Source: Eledone cirrhosa
Lineage: Eukaryota
Reading direction: 5' to 3'
DNA length: 64,000 bases
NCBI GenBank assembly: GCA_964016885.1
Contig: OZ024742.1
Span: forward strand, 272,986,001 to 273,050,000
Shown: piece after piece, positions 40,335 through 56,429 of the stretch
Layout of the letters: each line of letters opens with the position of its first letter
Position numbering within the stretch: position 1 is the first letter of the stretch
Made by a program: the position numbers and the translations under genes
Notes under the pieces: generated by a model
What the model saw: the letters and a program-made list of their open reading frames with translations, nothing else
The model's database searches: none
What the model was told of the DNA's origin: nothing

Positions 40335-42500
40335 TTATATACAGTATATGATGTTTAGAGCCATCCTCAGCATTCTCGTGTAGCACCAATTCACAATATG
40401 AGTGACTTTCGTGTTCAGAGTCCAAGTCTCAGACCCGTACATTAGCACATACTCCACCGCAGAAACGAAGAGACGTATCTCCAGGTCTTTACGGAGGTCT
40501 GACTTCCACACCGATCTCAAACTGTGGCAAGCCACCTAGGCTTGACTCTTCTTCTCAACCCCATCTTCCTCTGTGTTTCCCCTCTTTGCTCCCAGATACA
40601 GGAAGTCCTCAACCAAATCCAGCGGTGTCTCGGCTACATTCATAATCTGCTCTGGCTTCTTAATGGTATCTACCTTATATGTCTTAATCTCATTCATTAT
40701 AAGTCCCACACTCATCGACACAGTCTTCACCTCCTGCATCAACTCCCCTGCCTATTTCACGGTTTATTTCACCAGAAAAGTGTCGTCAGCAATTTCAGCA
40801 TCCATACAATAGTTCCCTGCGAAAAAGTTAGGGGCCAATATATCTCCCTGTAGCAGTCCAGCAAATATCTCAATCAACTCAGTCATCCGGTGAAGTGTAA
40901 TAACTTGGGCTCAGGTGTTGGTGTACAGCAGTGATGTCAGTTCCACTACCTTCTTGGGATTCCATAAGCCTGCAAGGACTTCATCAGGCAGTGACGGTCC
41001 AAAGAATCATATGTCTAATAATATCAATGAAGACCATGACAGCAGGAATGCTATTTCCTCTAGCTCCCTCTAATATCTTCAATATCAGGTGAGTACTGTT
41101 AAGTATCAGGGTCTTTGCCAGAAGTGACGTCAATGATATCCCCCTGATTTGTGATATCTCCATTCTTTGGCACTGTGACGATGTTACTGATCCTCCACTG
41201 ATTCGGAGAAACAACTTTCTTCAGTGCCTGGTTAGAGAAATCCAGGATGATTCCAAAATCACACCTCGTCATCACCTCTGATCCCACACAATCTTCTCCA
41301 TGGGCCTTGCCTTCCTTTATCTTCTTCTTGGGTCTCTGAAGACGTTCTCTTGCAATGGGCCCTGTCTCAATATCCAGTTCCTGAAACAGCTGCCTGAGCC
41401 CTCCCCCCAGTTATCTGAGCTATGGAAGGCGGCTCTTCTAGTTGGGTTTTAAAATGGTCCAGTCATTTCTTCTTCCTATCTTCGGGCCCTACTCCCTGGA
41501 TCTGACTCGAATTCCCACTCTTCCTCCCTGTGATCTCGTTGATGACCGTCCAGCTCTCTTTACAACTGAAGATTTCAACCGCTATCTCCACACTTCTGGC
41601 CTCAGTGTAAGTGGTACAGACTCTCCTTCATCACCTCCACATTCTCCTTCCTCTCCTCCGTAGGATCAGTATGGAATTGGTTGTTGGCAGCTTTCAGCTG
41701 CTCTCTCTCTGCACAAACACTTGAGTCTGCAGAGCTGACGTTCTTCCTCTTCTATCTCCTCGGCACCAGCTTCATCAGTCTACACTGAGGGTGAAGAACT
41801 CAGAGCTCTTTGGGTGCATCTGAAACGTCACCGTGAAGGTAATACAAAGGAGACTGAACTTAGCTGGGTATGCTCACCAACATTCAGAGTTGACACTGCA
41901 TTTAGTGATACAGTGGAAGCTTCTACACAGACACACTAGAAGAGGGAGACCTAGGTTGACATATACTGATGCCCTAAGGACAGAGTCTGGTCTCTGGGAG
42001 ACGCAGGCCATGGCGGTGATGATGAAATACAGAGATGAGACTACAGAAAAGTTCCATGAGAAAGTGTGTAGTGTTGTCAACAATTCCACACGAGCTACAA
42101 CATCCTGCTCATTCCGGTTGACTTCAATGCACATATGGTATTTCCATGACAACACTAAGCAAGAGTGGACACTGAAGGATACCCTGCTCGAGGTGAACAT
42201 GAACATAATTAACATAAGGTTTAGCCGGGGAAGAGGTGGATCTACATATCTGCACCTGACCAAGTCCCAGATTGACTTCATTCTGGTGAGGAGGAAAAGG
42301 GTGAATGGTGGTCTGAACACGGAAGGCCTTTGATTTCTTGGACCGAGACTGACTGAGGAAGACTTTACAGGCGCATGGAATCCACATGACGTTGATGGAT
42401 CTGATATCCCGAATATCACCAGAGCCAAAGTCACTACAACTGAGGGGATGACAGAAGTCTTTGAAATACTGGCTGGATTGCTCCAGTGAGATAATTTTAT
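40335..42500. mobile_element. Decayed, rearranged RTE-clade LINE
   Basis: Minus strand: WRISNIVTVPKNGD, GISLTS, VEDFLYLG, VLMYGSETWTL..CYTRMLRMALNI. Plus strand from about 41780: RVKNSELFG..RRLNLAGY..RGRPRLTY, then APE-like SQIDFILVRRK. Confidence 0.85.
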
Positions 42501-43909
42501 TCCCTAAGTTCTAAGCATCACTGTGGGATAGTGTATGCGTCATGCACTTGAGAAACACTAGGACACGAGCTTCACTGTGGCACCGACCTAGAGTAGGACA
42601 GTTAAGTCTAAATAGATACTTCGATCATTTCAATCTTGTACATTTTTCAATATGGCACATTTTTGGTCTGTGCCCCTTTTTTCCACATTAGTTTCAGCTC
42701 AGCATTGAATACGAATTATCATCTTTGTCAAGTGACTCACGGGCCTTTTTAGACATATATAAACCACACGTATTTACAATTATTTTATCTGTTAAATAAT
42801 ATTTTCATCTTTGCATCTAATTATTGAATTATATACTAGTTCACATCTAAATTTTCAAGAACTATTCTATCGTAAATTTATTCTTATTGTCTCATCAGTT
42901 TTTTTTTATTCTGTAAATTTTGTTGTCTAATTATAATATAAATTTTGTAAATATACTTAAATATGCCCGCAAAAATAACATCGATTATCCGTAAAAGAAA
43001 GTTTGCTATTAAAGAAGATAATATGGAAATTCGTAACTTCAGGATACTGGTAATTAAACGATATTCCAAAGATAAAAATGGAAATATGAAAACAATACAG
43101 ATTCCTATTAACAAAAGATTGAATGTAGATTAGCCGATAGAAAATAGAGGAAATATACTGACAAGTTTCAAGTTTGTGTCATATAGGTATATATATATAT
43201 GTATATATGTGTGTGTTCGTGTGTGAGTGCGTGAATGTGTGTGCGCGCGCGAATGACTGTGCACGCGTGAGAGTGTGGTTTAAATATAATCCCAGGCAAA
43301 AAATATCCGGCAGAGTGTTCTGCAAAGACCAAATGTATATTTAACGAAATACACACGAAATTAAAAAATAAGAATTTTGTTCAAACTGCGATGACTCGTA
43401 GAATACAAGTGCATTTCTATATAGAAATAAATTTAGACTCACAGACATGTTGCTTTATATTTAGAGCAAATCACGACGCATATTTACTGTGCAGTTTATA
43501 AGAGGTTTATGAGAGAGAGAGAGAGAGAGAGGCTGAGAGAGAGAGAGAGAGACAGAGAGAAAGAGTAGATTTAAATTTCTCATGAGGATTACTCCTTCTT
43601 TGGTCAGGTTATATGCATATAAAGAGCCATTACTGAAATGTAACCCTAATATTATGTTGCCCGATGGGAAGAATGAAAACAGTGAGAGAGGGATGGAAAA
43701 CGTATAAGGAAAACAATTTACATGTATATGTATATATATGTATTACAAATGCAAATATGCGTAAATATTCACATACCTGCACACATGCATCTTAAAATAC
43801 TTATACAAAATAAAATTCGCCTAGACACACTAATATATAGGCATCAAATATTCATACATACTTGCATATATACATATATGCATACATACATACATATATA
43901 TATATATGT

Positions 43910-43971
<62 letters not shown>

Positions 43972-44119
43972 CTATGTGTGTGTATTTATGTGTAAAGCGT
44001 AAGCAGAAATAGCAGCGCAATCGATAAAGTATATGGAAGGTATATTTTAGTTTAACGCTTGAAATAGCAGGAGGATGATCTTGACGTTTCGGATGCATAT
44101 CGTTTATCAGAAGAAATAA

Positions 44120-44228
44120 TTGTTTCTACTTATAGCACGAAGCCACTAATTATCCCAGTGTATTACTGGTACTTTATTTTATCGAACCCGTAAGGATGAA
44201 AGGCAAAGTTAACCTCGACGGGATTTGT
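44120..44228 (-). mobile_element. Nin-domain SINE, partial
   Basis: Same core as the other copies (atcgaacccgtaaggatgaaaggcaaagttaacctcg). Confidence 0.8.
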
Positions 44229-44475
44229 TTATCAGAAGAAATAATGAGAAATTAGAATGCTTAAAGAGAGGGACAGGGCGGGATCTGACAAATTTCTTTA
44301 GAGAAAAATAACAATCCATTTATGTTTCCTTCTCTTGGAAAACTGTTGATGATGAGGTTTCGTGTTTGATATACTTTTTCATGAAAGTTAAATGTGGAGT
44401 GCGTCTACTTGAAATGGAAGAGAAACCGTTTTGTATATAAAGCTATACGAGTGCGTGTGCATGTCACATATATAT

Positions 44476-48730
<4,255 letters not shown>

Positions 48731-50129
48731 GTTCAAGTTTTTCGTGGATAGTAATAGGAAAGAAGGAAAAGAGAAGAAAAGTCAAATATTTCAAATTATT
48801 AAGATAAATATACAAATGAGGTTGATGTCTAGGGCTGAAAACAACCTTATTTTTAGAGGCTAGGTAGATTTAGATAATTATTAGGATATATATATGTATG
48901 TGTAGGAACAAGAAAGAGAAAGAAAGAAAAGCTTGTATTTACGTCCCTCATTATTTAGCTCTTTGTCTATTTTTTTCATTTTTTATTCTGAACGCTGTTA
49001 AATTAACACAAGTCTCTTCATCGTGTGTATATTGTATATGAAACTTGAGAAACAAAACCTGAAGATTACTGTAGAATGTTTTCATCAAGACAGAGCAAAT
49101 AAAATATAATTTAAATTCTACTTATATTAATAAAGAGTTTGTAGGAATGTTGGAATATGATTCCAGAATTTAAAAAATGATTTAGCTATATTATGAGTTA
49201 TAATATTATATATATAATCAATTAGATTATATGAAGAATTATGGTTGTAAGTACATTTTATCTTATTACCTTGCAACAGGTTGTAAGTATATAAATATCT
49301 ATATAGATTAATAAGTGTGCAAGTATAATTATTATTGGTGATTTTATACAAATAAACCACACGTATTAATTATTTACATTTCTAATATGTGTTACGAAGG
49401 ATGATTATTTTACATTTAACATAAATATTTAAGAAAAAGACGTAGTTCAAGTTGTAAGAGAAGGAGAATTTGTAGATCCAAATATTTGGCTCCAACATTG
49501 AAAATGTTTTCAGAACATTGTTAATTTAGCGAAATTATATATTTTATCATACAAGTTATCATGTCTATCTTTGCTCAATTGTAAAGAAAAAGATAACTCT
49601 ATATATATTTACTAACCATTAAATTTGATGAATGATTTCGTTAGAAAGAATGTAGAGAAAATTATATATTATTTTGTGTGAGATTATAAGTTATATTATA
49701 AGGTATATTATAAGGTATATTATATCATATGTTTTTCAAGGATGAGAATTTCAATTACATATTATTTACATCAAAAGATGTGTGAAATGTTTGAAGATTA
49801 AAGAGACGAAAACATGTATTATTAGATAAGTCAAGAGTGCATTTCGAAGAACTATCGTAAAGAGCATATATTTCAGAAAGTCAATTAAAGAGTATTAATC
49901 TACATCTAAAAAATAGATTAAGAAGAGTATTATTAGGAAAATAATATCAAATGGTAAAAATACTAAATTTAAGAAGGATGATCATTGATATTATACTCCA
50001 GAAATCTTGTCGAGTGCTTCGAATCAGTTATAAACATATATATTTGTTGAATTACCAACAAATTAAATATCCCTTTTGCTTACATATATATATATAAAAA
50101 TATAAATATATATAATGTAAAAAACAAAA

Positions 50130-51141
50130 CAATAACAAAGAGTTCAGTACGAACCGTGTTGGTATTAGGTCCACGCATGAGAGTGGGAAGTGTGGGAAGA
50201 CGTTTCGGGCATAAGTCCTTCATCAGCAGAAAGGTGGGAAGGAAAAGAGTTCGAGGGTGAATGAGGGGGAGTGGTGGAAAAATTAAATTGGAGGAAAAAT
50301 ATTTAAAATAAGGGCCAAAAAATTAAAATGAAAACAAGTGGTGAAAGGGTGTGAGGCGTGAAGAGGTGGTTGTGGGTGGATGGAGGGTGGGGTGAAGAAG
50401 CAAAAAGCGAGTCCGAGCGGGAAGGGCAGAAGGTGGTGTGTGTGTGTATATGTGTAGGTGTACGTGTGTGCGTATGTGTGGATGTGAGTGTGAGTGTTTG
50501 GGTAAGAACGAGGTTCCATGCTCGGGTAATAGGAAAACCAGTGTGCACATGGGGTGGAGGTGTAAGTCTCTGTGTGTGTGCGTATGGATGGAGAGGGGTC
50601 GGAAAGGCTTCAGGCCGGGGTGTGTGGGGCTGTAGAATGAAGATGGTGTGTTGTTCGGCCGTAAGTGGCTGCGGGAGCCCATGGCATTCAGTCAGGCCAC
50701 AGACGGTGAGGTTGCTCGCGGAGTGTACAGCGGACAATGAGGCGGACAATGAGGGAACTACTGCCGGGACGAATATCTCTGAGATGTGCCGTGAACCGAT
50801 CTGCCAGGTGACGTCCAGCCTGACCGACAAAGGTTGCGCTGCACTCCGTGCAGCGAAGTCCATGGACGTGGTCGGAGGAGGTGCAGCGGAAGGCATGCCG
50901 GACAGAGTGAGAAACGCCGTTGGGATCCTAGAAGGTGGTGGTGTTGGTAATGTGGGGGCAGGTGTGGCAGCGGGTCTGGTGTTGGGAAGGGAACCGGGGT
51001 AACGGGGGTTGGGTAGGGCGCTGCGTACGAGGAGGTTGCGCAGGAGTTTAATGGAGGGGAGTGGTGGGGATGGTAATATGGAGGAGGTGGAAGGGTTGGA
51101 CTGGATGCGTCAGAAGAAGCGGAGGACGGTGCGATGGAGAA
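50130..51141 (-). mobile_element. 5'-truncated Neptune/Poseidon-like PLE remnant (GIY-YIG + 3' UTR)
   Basis: TRCHTCPHITNTTTF*DPNG..HAFRCTSSDHVHGLRCTECSATFVGQAGRHLADRFTAHLRDIR, followed by a C/A-rich UTR and the HHR core. Confidence 0.8.
50199..50230 (-). ncRNA. Minimal hammerhead core in 3' region of PLE remnant
   Basis: CTGATGA-aggacttatgccc-GAAA-cg-TC; helix I does not pair, so probably decayed. Confidence 0.5.
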
Positions 51142-51168
51142 TATATATATATATTTATATATATATAT

Positions 51169-51199
<31 letters not shown>

Positions 51200-51211
51200 A
51201 ATATATTTAGA

Positions 51212-51419
51212 AAGTGAACAACACAATGTATAACTACTCTATTACCAAAGGTTTCAAGATCCTAGACAATATTAACATACGTCTCCGTCGCTCATCAGAA
51301 AAAGAGGTTATATATCATGATAACCCCTCTTTCTGAGGAGGGACCTAGGCGTATGTTAAGATTGTTTAGGATCCTGAAACCTTGTGTAATGGAGTAGTTA
51401 GACATTGTGTTGTTCACTT
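51212..51419. repeat. 208-bp fold-back made of two divergent hammerhead-like motifs
   Basis: Plus: CTGAGGA(51333)...GAAA-ccttgtg-TA-atggag. Minus: CTGATGA(51298)...GAAA-cctttgg-TA-atagag. Flanked by (TA)n. Confidence 0.75.
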
Positions 51420-51474
51420 AAACAGCTCTTTTATCCATAGGAAATACTTAACATATATATATATATATATATAT

Positions 51475-52221
51475 ATAGAAAGATTTGAATGGATACAGTT
51501 TAGTTGAAAGGAATTTATTGACACGTGTTTCTATAACAGTTACATAACCTAAAACAGCTATCTACAAACTTTTAGTTATGCAGACATTCAATATTTCAAT
51601 GTTATTATTTACTGTCATTTCATCAGAATAATATTACTGAGGACCTATTTAGTTTTTATAGAGAATATTAGGAGGAAGGGGTGAAGTTGTTAGAAGAATA
51701 GTTGAAGGAGTGGTTTTTCGATAGCAGTGAGAATTCTTGGTGGCAGTGATTAATTAGATTCCCATCTGTTGTTTTGACATTTTTTATAGAATATATTATT
51801 GGTTATTTTTCTAAATCTATAGAAGGATTAGAGATAGTAAAGATATGCGTGGTTGGTTTTGTGTTTGCACTTAACATTCAGACTTAAATTTTTCTTTCAA
51901 GTGTACGTATTCTTTCACCCACGCATTCACACACAAATATATTTGCACACCTCTACAAAATACATATACTCACAATTCACATATTCATACTTACATATAT
52001 ATACACATGCATACACATATATATACACACATGTATTCATGTACATACATACGCGCTCATGTGTATACATTTTCATACTCAACTTATCTTTATATATACA
52101 CACGTATAGACACACACATATATACATACATACTCTAGTCCATGTGTACACACATACACATACATACACATCCATATACACATACATACATACACATATA
52201 TATATACATATATACATATAC

Positions 52222-52252
<31 letters not shown>

Positions 52253-52275
52253 CACATACATATATACACACATAT

Positions 52276-52315
<40 letters not shown>

Positions 52316-55300
52316 GCACTTTAATACATGAATACACTTACATCTAACTATACACATCAAACATATATATATATTTACTTATTTATATACATTTTCACAT
52401 ATATATACATACTTATGGACGTTTTTAGACACATTCATTATCGCATATTTGTACCTATTCTCATCAGCATATCTTTTCATTATTAGTATGGTAATTTAAG
52501 GTTATTAATATATGTTGAAAAGAGATTGTTTTTATATTTTTCTAACTAGATTAAGGTTTATATAGTTGGGGGATGTCCCTCTTTTATGTAATATTCGGCT
52601 TGTAGTGGGAAAAAAGGGTTTTAGTTCTGTGACGGCAGAATAATGTTCGTTCAATTCTGTTATTCAGCAGTTTCTTCTTGTGTGTGATTATGTAATAAAT
52701 CTCAAGATTACACAATTTGCAGAAATTTTGGCTCCTGGAAAAGCTTTGGGTTTTAGCTAATTTTTCCCATTTTAGGGTAAACTTTTGATTGCTATCCCTG
52801 AGCGTCCAAGCTTTCTCTGCTAAAGTTGTTACATTTCTTTGGCTCTGGTGTTTTATTGAGTAAGAATGCCTATACAATCGAGATTTAAACGATGTTGCCG
52901 TTGATCCCACGTAATACCACTCGTTGCCTCCGGATTTAATGGTACACTTATAAATAATATTTTTTTCCAGGCAGTTATTGCCGAGGGGGCAGTTGTCAGG
53001 ATAGGTGCAGTTACAGTTGTGTACGTTGGGTTTTCTCTGGAGTAGTATTGCGGACGAACTTAGGTGTGGTTTATTTATGTTCTGTAGTGCATTGTCTACT
53101 GTTTTTTGGGGGTTCTTTGTACTTAAGTTCTTAGTGTTTTCGTTTAACCTTCTAGTATTGATCTTTTTTATGTGTTGTTCAAGGTTTAACGCTGTAGAGT
53201 ATTACAGTCTTATAGTGGTAGGGTTTAGGATTTTGTGGTATTTGTGTGATGTGGGAAAATGTCTTTTAATTATTTTAAAGAAGAGTACTGGTAAATTTGT
53301 ACTAATGGAGCTATTGTATTCGGGGTTATACCATAAGTACTCTTTGCATCGCTTTCTATTAGTTTTGTTTGTTGGTTTACTGGTGTGCATACTATGGTAG
53401 TAAGTGTGGTTTGGTGTTGTGTTATTATATCTACCTATGTGGGATTTATTTTGGGTGTTTTGATTGTTCCCATCTATGTACTCTATTTTGTTGAGGTAGC
53501 CTGCTTTACTAAGGGCGTTATCGTAGTACTCGGCGTGTTCCTTAAATACTTGTATGTTAGAAGATAGACCCGAGATTCTAAGGGAAATATTTTTAGGGAT
53601 AGATTTAATTATAGAGATGGGGTGGTTAGACCCAACATTTACGTATTTGAGATTTTCATTCAATTTATGAAACGGTTTAATCAAACCAGAGTTTAAATTG
53701 AGTGTGACATCCAGGAAGTTAACTACTTTAAGGTTGTATTCATATGTTATAGTTAGTCCTATTTCGAGTAGTAGTTTTCTTATATCTTTGCGTAGTTTTT
53801 CTAGTTTTTGGTTATTAAGGTTTTTAGCTAGGAGGAGAACATCGTCGCGGTATATTCCGCCGTGGAGATTGCTGAATTTTTCCTGGAGTCTAAAGGCGAT
53901 AAATAACCCCACAATATCAGTTATTTCCGCCGAATCGTTAGAGCCCATTGTTATGTCAAAGTTAGAGGGTCTATCTTTACGTACCCAATAACTGTTCTCA
54001 AATTTGACTATAGTTTTCCTAGCTTCTAATATAATCTTAATTTCATCGTTTGTAAGGTCGGAGTTATCCTTAGCAAACTTGATGGCTCTATTCAAAGTTT
54101 CAGGTGATATCGATGAGTAATATTCATCGATATCAAACTGGATAAACTTAGATTTATTCTTATTGCTAATGCTATTAAACCATCTTATTGCTTCTTGGGT
54201 CTTCCCCCAGAGTTTAATGTTAACCTTAGCCTTAATTTGGGGGATGATTCTATCTAAGATATATTTGCTTATTTTACCTATATCTGATTTAGAGGGGCAG
54301 ATTAATCTAATTTTAGGGTCATTATCAAAGTTTACCTTGTGGTCCTTAAGATTGAAAGTGGGTACCGCCGGTAAGAGTGGTCCTGTCCTATCTTCGATTC
54401 CGAGATTTTTCACTATTTCGCATGCCTCATCATTGATGTGCTTAAGGGTTACTTCACTCGTTTTTCTATATTTTTTATGTAATTCTTTTCGAATGAAGTT
54501 GTTGTATGTAGTGCAATCCATAGTGTACAGGTTTGATGTTTTGTCCGCTTTTACTACAATTCCTTTGGTGTTTTTAAGGTCGTCCAGTAGTTTTTTTATA
54601 TCTTTCTGTAATTTGCTGTTGGTGTTGCGTCCTTTGAATTTAATTTTAAGGATTAAGTTCATAAGGTCCTGCTCAAATGCATCTAATAGTGGGTTGGTGG
54701 GTGGGTTTTTACAAGTCCTAAAACCGAATTTTTTGTTTACACCACTTTCTAATGTTGAGTTCATACGGCTTCTATCATAGTGGAGCGTTTTCCACCTGAC
54801 ACGTCGAATGAATTCATTAGTTTTTTGAATCATGCTCAATAAATATTCCATTCTACCTTGGGTTGGTATGTTTTTGAGTGACATATCCAGGTAGTGTTTT
54901 TCCATTGTTGTGGTTGCGTTTGCTGTGTGGGTTGCTCGACTTTACAGGAGGTAAATATACAGTATTTTCCGTTGTGTTGTAATATAAATATTACACACAG
55001 TAGATTATCAGCTCACGTAGAGTTTGCTCGACGGTTCCAGTTGTAGTTCCAAAAGTAATCCGGAGAAAAATAGAAAGATTTGAATGGATACAGTTTAGTT
55101 GAAAGGAATTTATTGACACGTGTTTCTATAACAGTTACATAACCTAAAACAGCTATCTACAAACTTTTAGTTATGCAGACATTCAATATTTCAATGTTAT
55201 TATTTACTGTCATTTCATCAGAATAATATTACTGAGGACCTATTTAGTTTTTATAGAGAATATTAGGAGGAAGGGGTGAAGTTGTTAGAAGAATAGTTGA

Positions 55301-55816
55301 AGGAGTGGTTTTTCGATAGCAGTGAGAATTCTTGGTGGCAGTGATTAATTAGATTCCCATCTGTTGTTTTGACATTTTTTATAGAATATATTATTGGTTA
55401 TTTTTCTAAATCTATAGAAGGATTAGAGATAGTAAAGATATGCGTGGTTGGTTTTGTGTTTGCACTTAACATTCAGACTTAAATTTTTCTTTCAAGTGTA
55501 CGTATTCTATCACCCACGCATTCACACACAAATATATTTGCACACCTCTACAAAATACATATACTCACAATTCACATATTCATACTTACATATATATACA
55601 CATGCATACACATATATATACACACATGTATTCATGTACATACATACGCGCTCATGTGTATACATTTTCATACTCAACTTGTCTTTATATATACACACGT
55701 ATAGACACACACATATATACATACATACTCTAGTCCATGTGTACACACATACACATACATACACATCCATATACACATACATACATACACATATATATAT
55801 ACATATATACATATAC

Positions 55817-55847
<31 letters not shown>

Positions 55848-56101
55848 CACATACATATATACACACATATACACACACACATATATATATATATATATAA
55901 GCACTTTAATACATGAATACACTTACATCTAACTATACACATCAAACATATATATATATTTACTTATTTATATACATTTTCACATATATATACATACTTA
56001 TGGACGTTTTTAGACACATTCATTATCGCATATTTGTACCTATTCTCATCAGCATATCTTTTCATTATTAGTATGGTAATTTAAGGTTATTAATATATGT
56101 T
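51475..56101 (-). mobile_element. Naiad-type PLE family B, left copy (about 1.29 monomers, about 1.03-kb direct pLTR)
   Basis: 51475-52517 recurs at 55070-56101 (offset 3595 at the HHR). Reverse complement of the right copy. Confidence 0.95.
52584..54905 (-). pseudogene. PLE RT + GIY-YIG ORF (773 codons) with one in-frame TAA at 53202-53204
   Basis: The 567-aa RT ORF and 108-aa EN ORF are in the same frame; the stretch between is open after the stop (YSTALN...CNCTYPDNCPLGNNCL..IIYKC..YYVGST). Confidence 0.93.
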
Positions 56102-56108
56102 AGTAATA

Positions 56109-56225
56109 TTATTCTGATGAAATGACAGTAAATAATAACATTGAAATATTGAATGTCTGCATAACTAAAAGTTTGTAGATAGCTGTTTTAGGTTATGTAA
56201 CTGTTATAGAAACACGTGTCAATAA
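56109..56225 (+). ncRNA. Type I hammerhead with 88-nt extended helix II (other copies 59704-59820 +, 55110-55226 -, 51515-51631 -)
   Basis: ttatt-CTGATGA-a-atgacagt...actgttat-a-GAAA-cacgtg-TC-aataa. Helix I 5 bp, helix II base 8 bp, palindromic helix III ACACGTGT, GUC cleavage triplet. Confidence 0.8.
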
Positions 56226-56429
56226 ATTCCTTTCAACTAAACTGTATCCATTCAAATCTTTCTATTTTTCTCCGGATTAGTTTTGGAACTACAACTGGAA
56301 CCGTCGAGCAAACTCTACGTGAGCTGATAATCTACTGTGTGTAATATTTATATTACAACACAACGGAAAATACTGTATATTTACCTCCTGTAAAGTCGAG
56401 CAACCCACACAGCAAACGCAACCACAACA

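Noticed and set aside
49380-50050. Possible integrase-like remnant
   Set aside because: Too degraded; no unambiguous motif.
54163-54780. 205-aa and other antisense ORFs over PLE RT genes
   Set aside because: Shadow frames of the A-rich coding strand, with no independent features.
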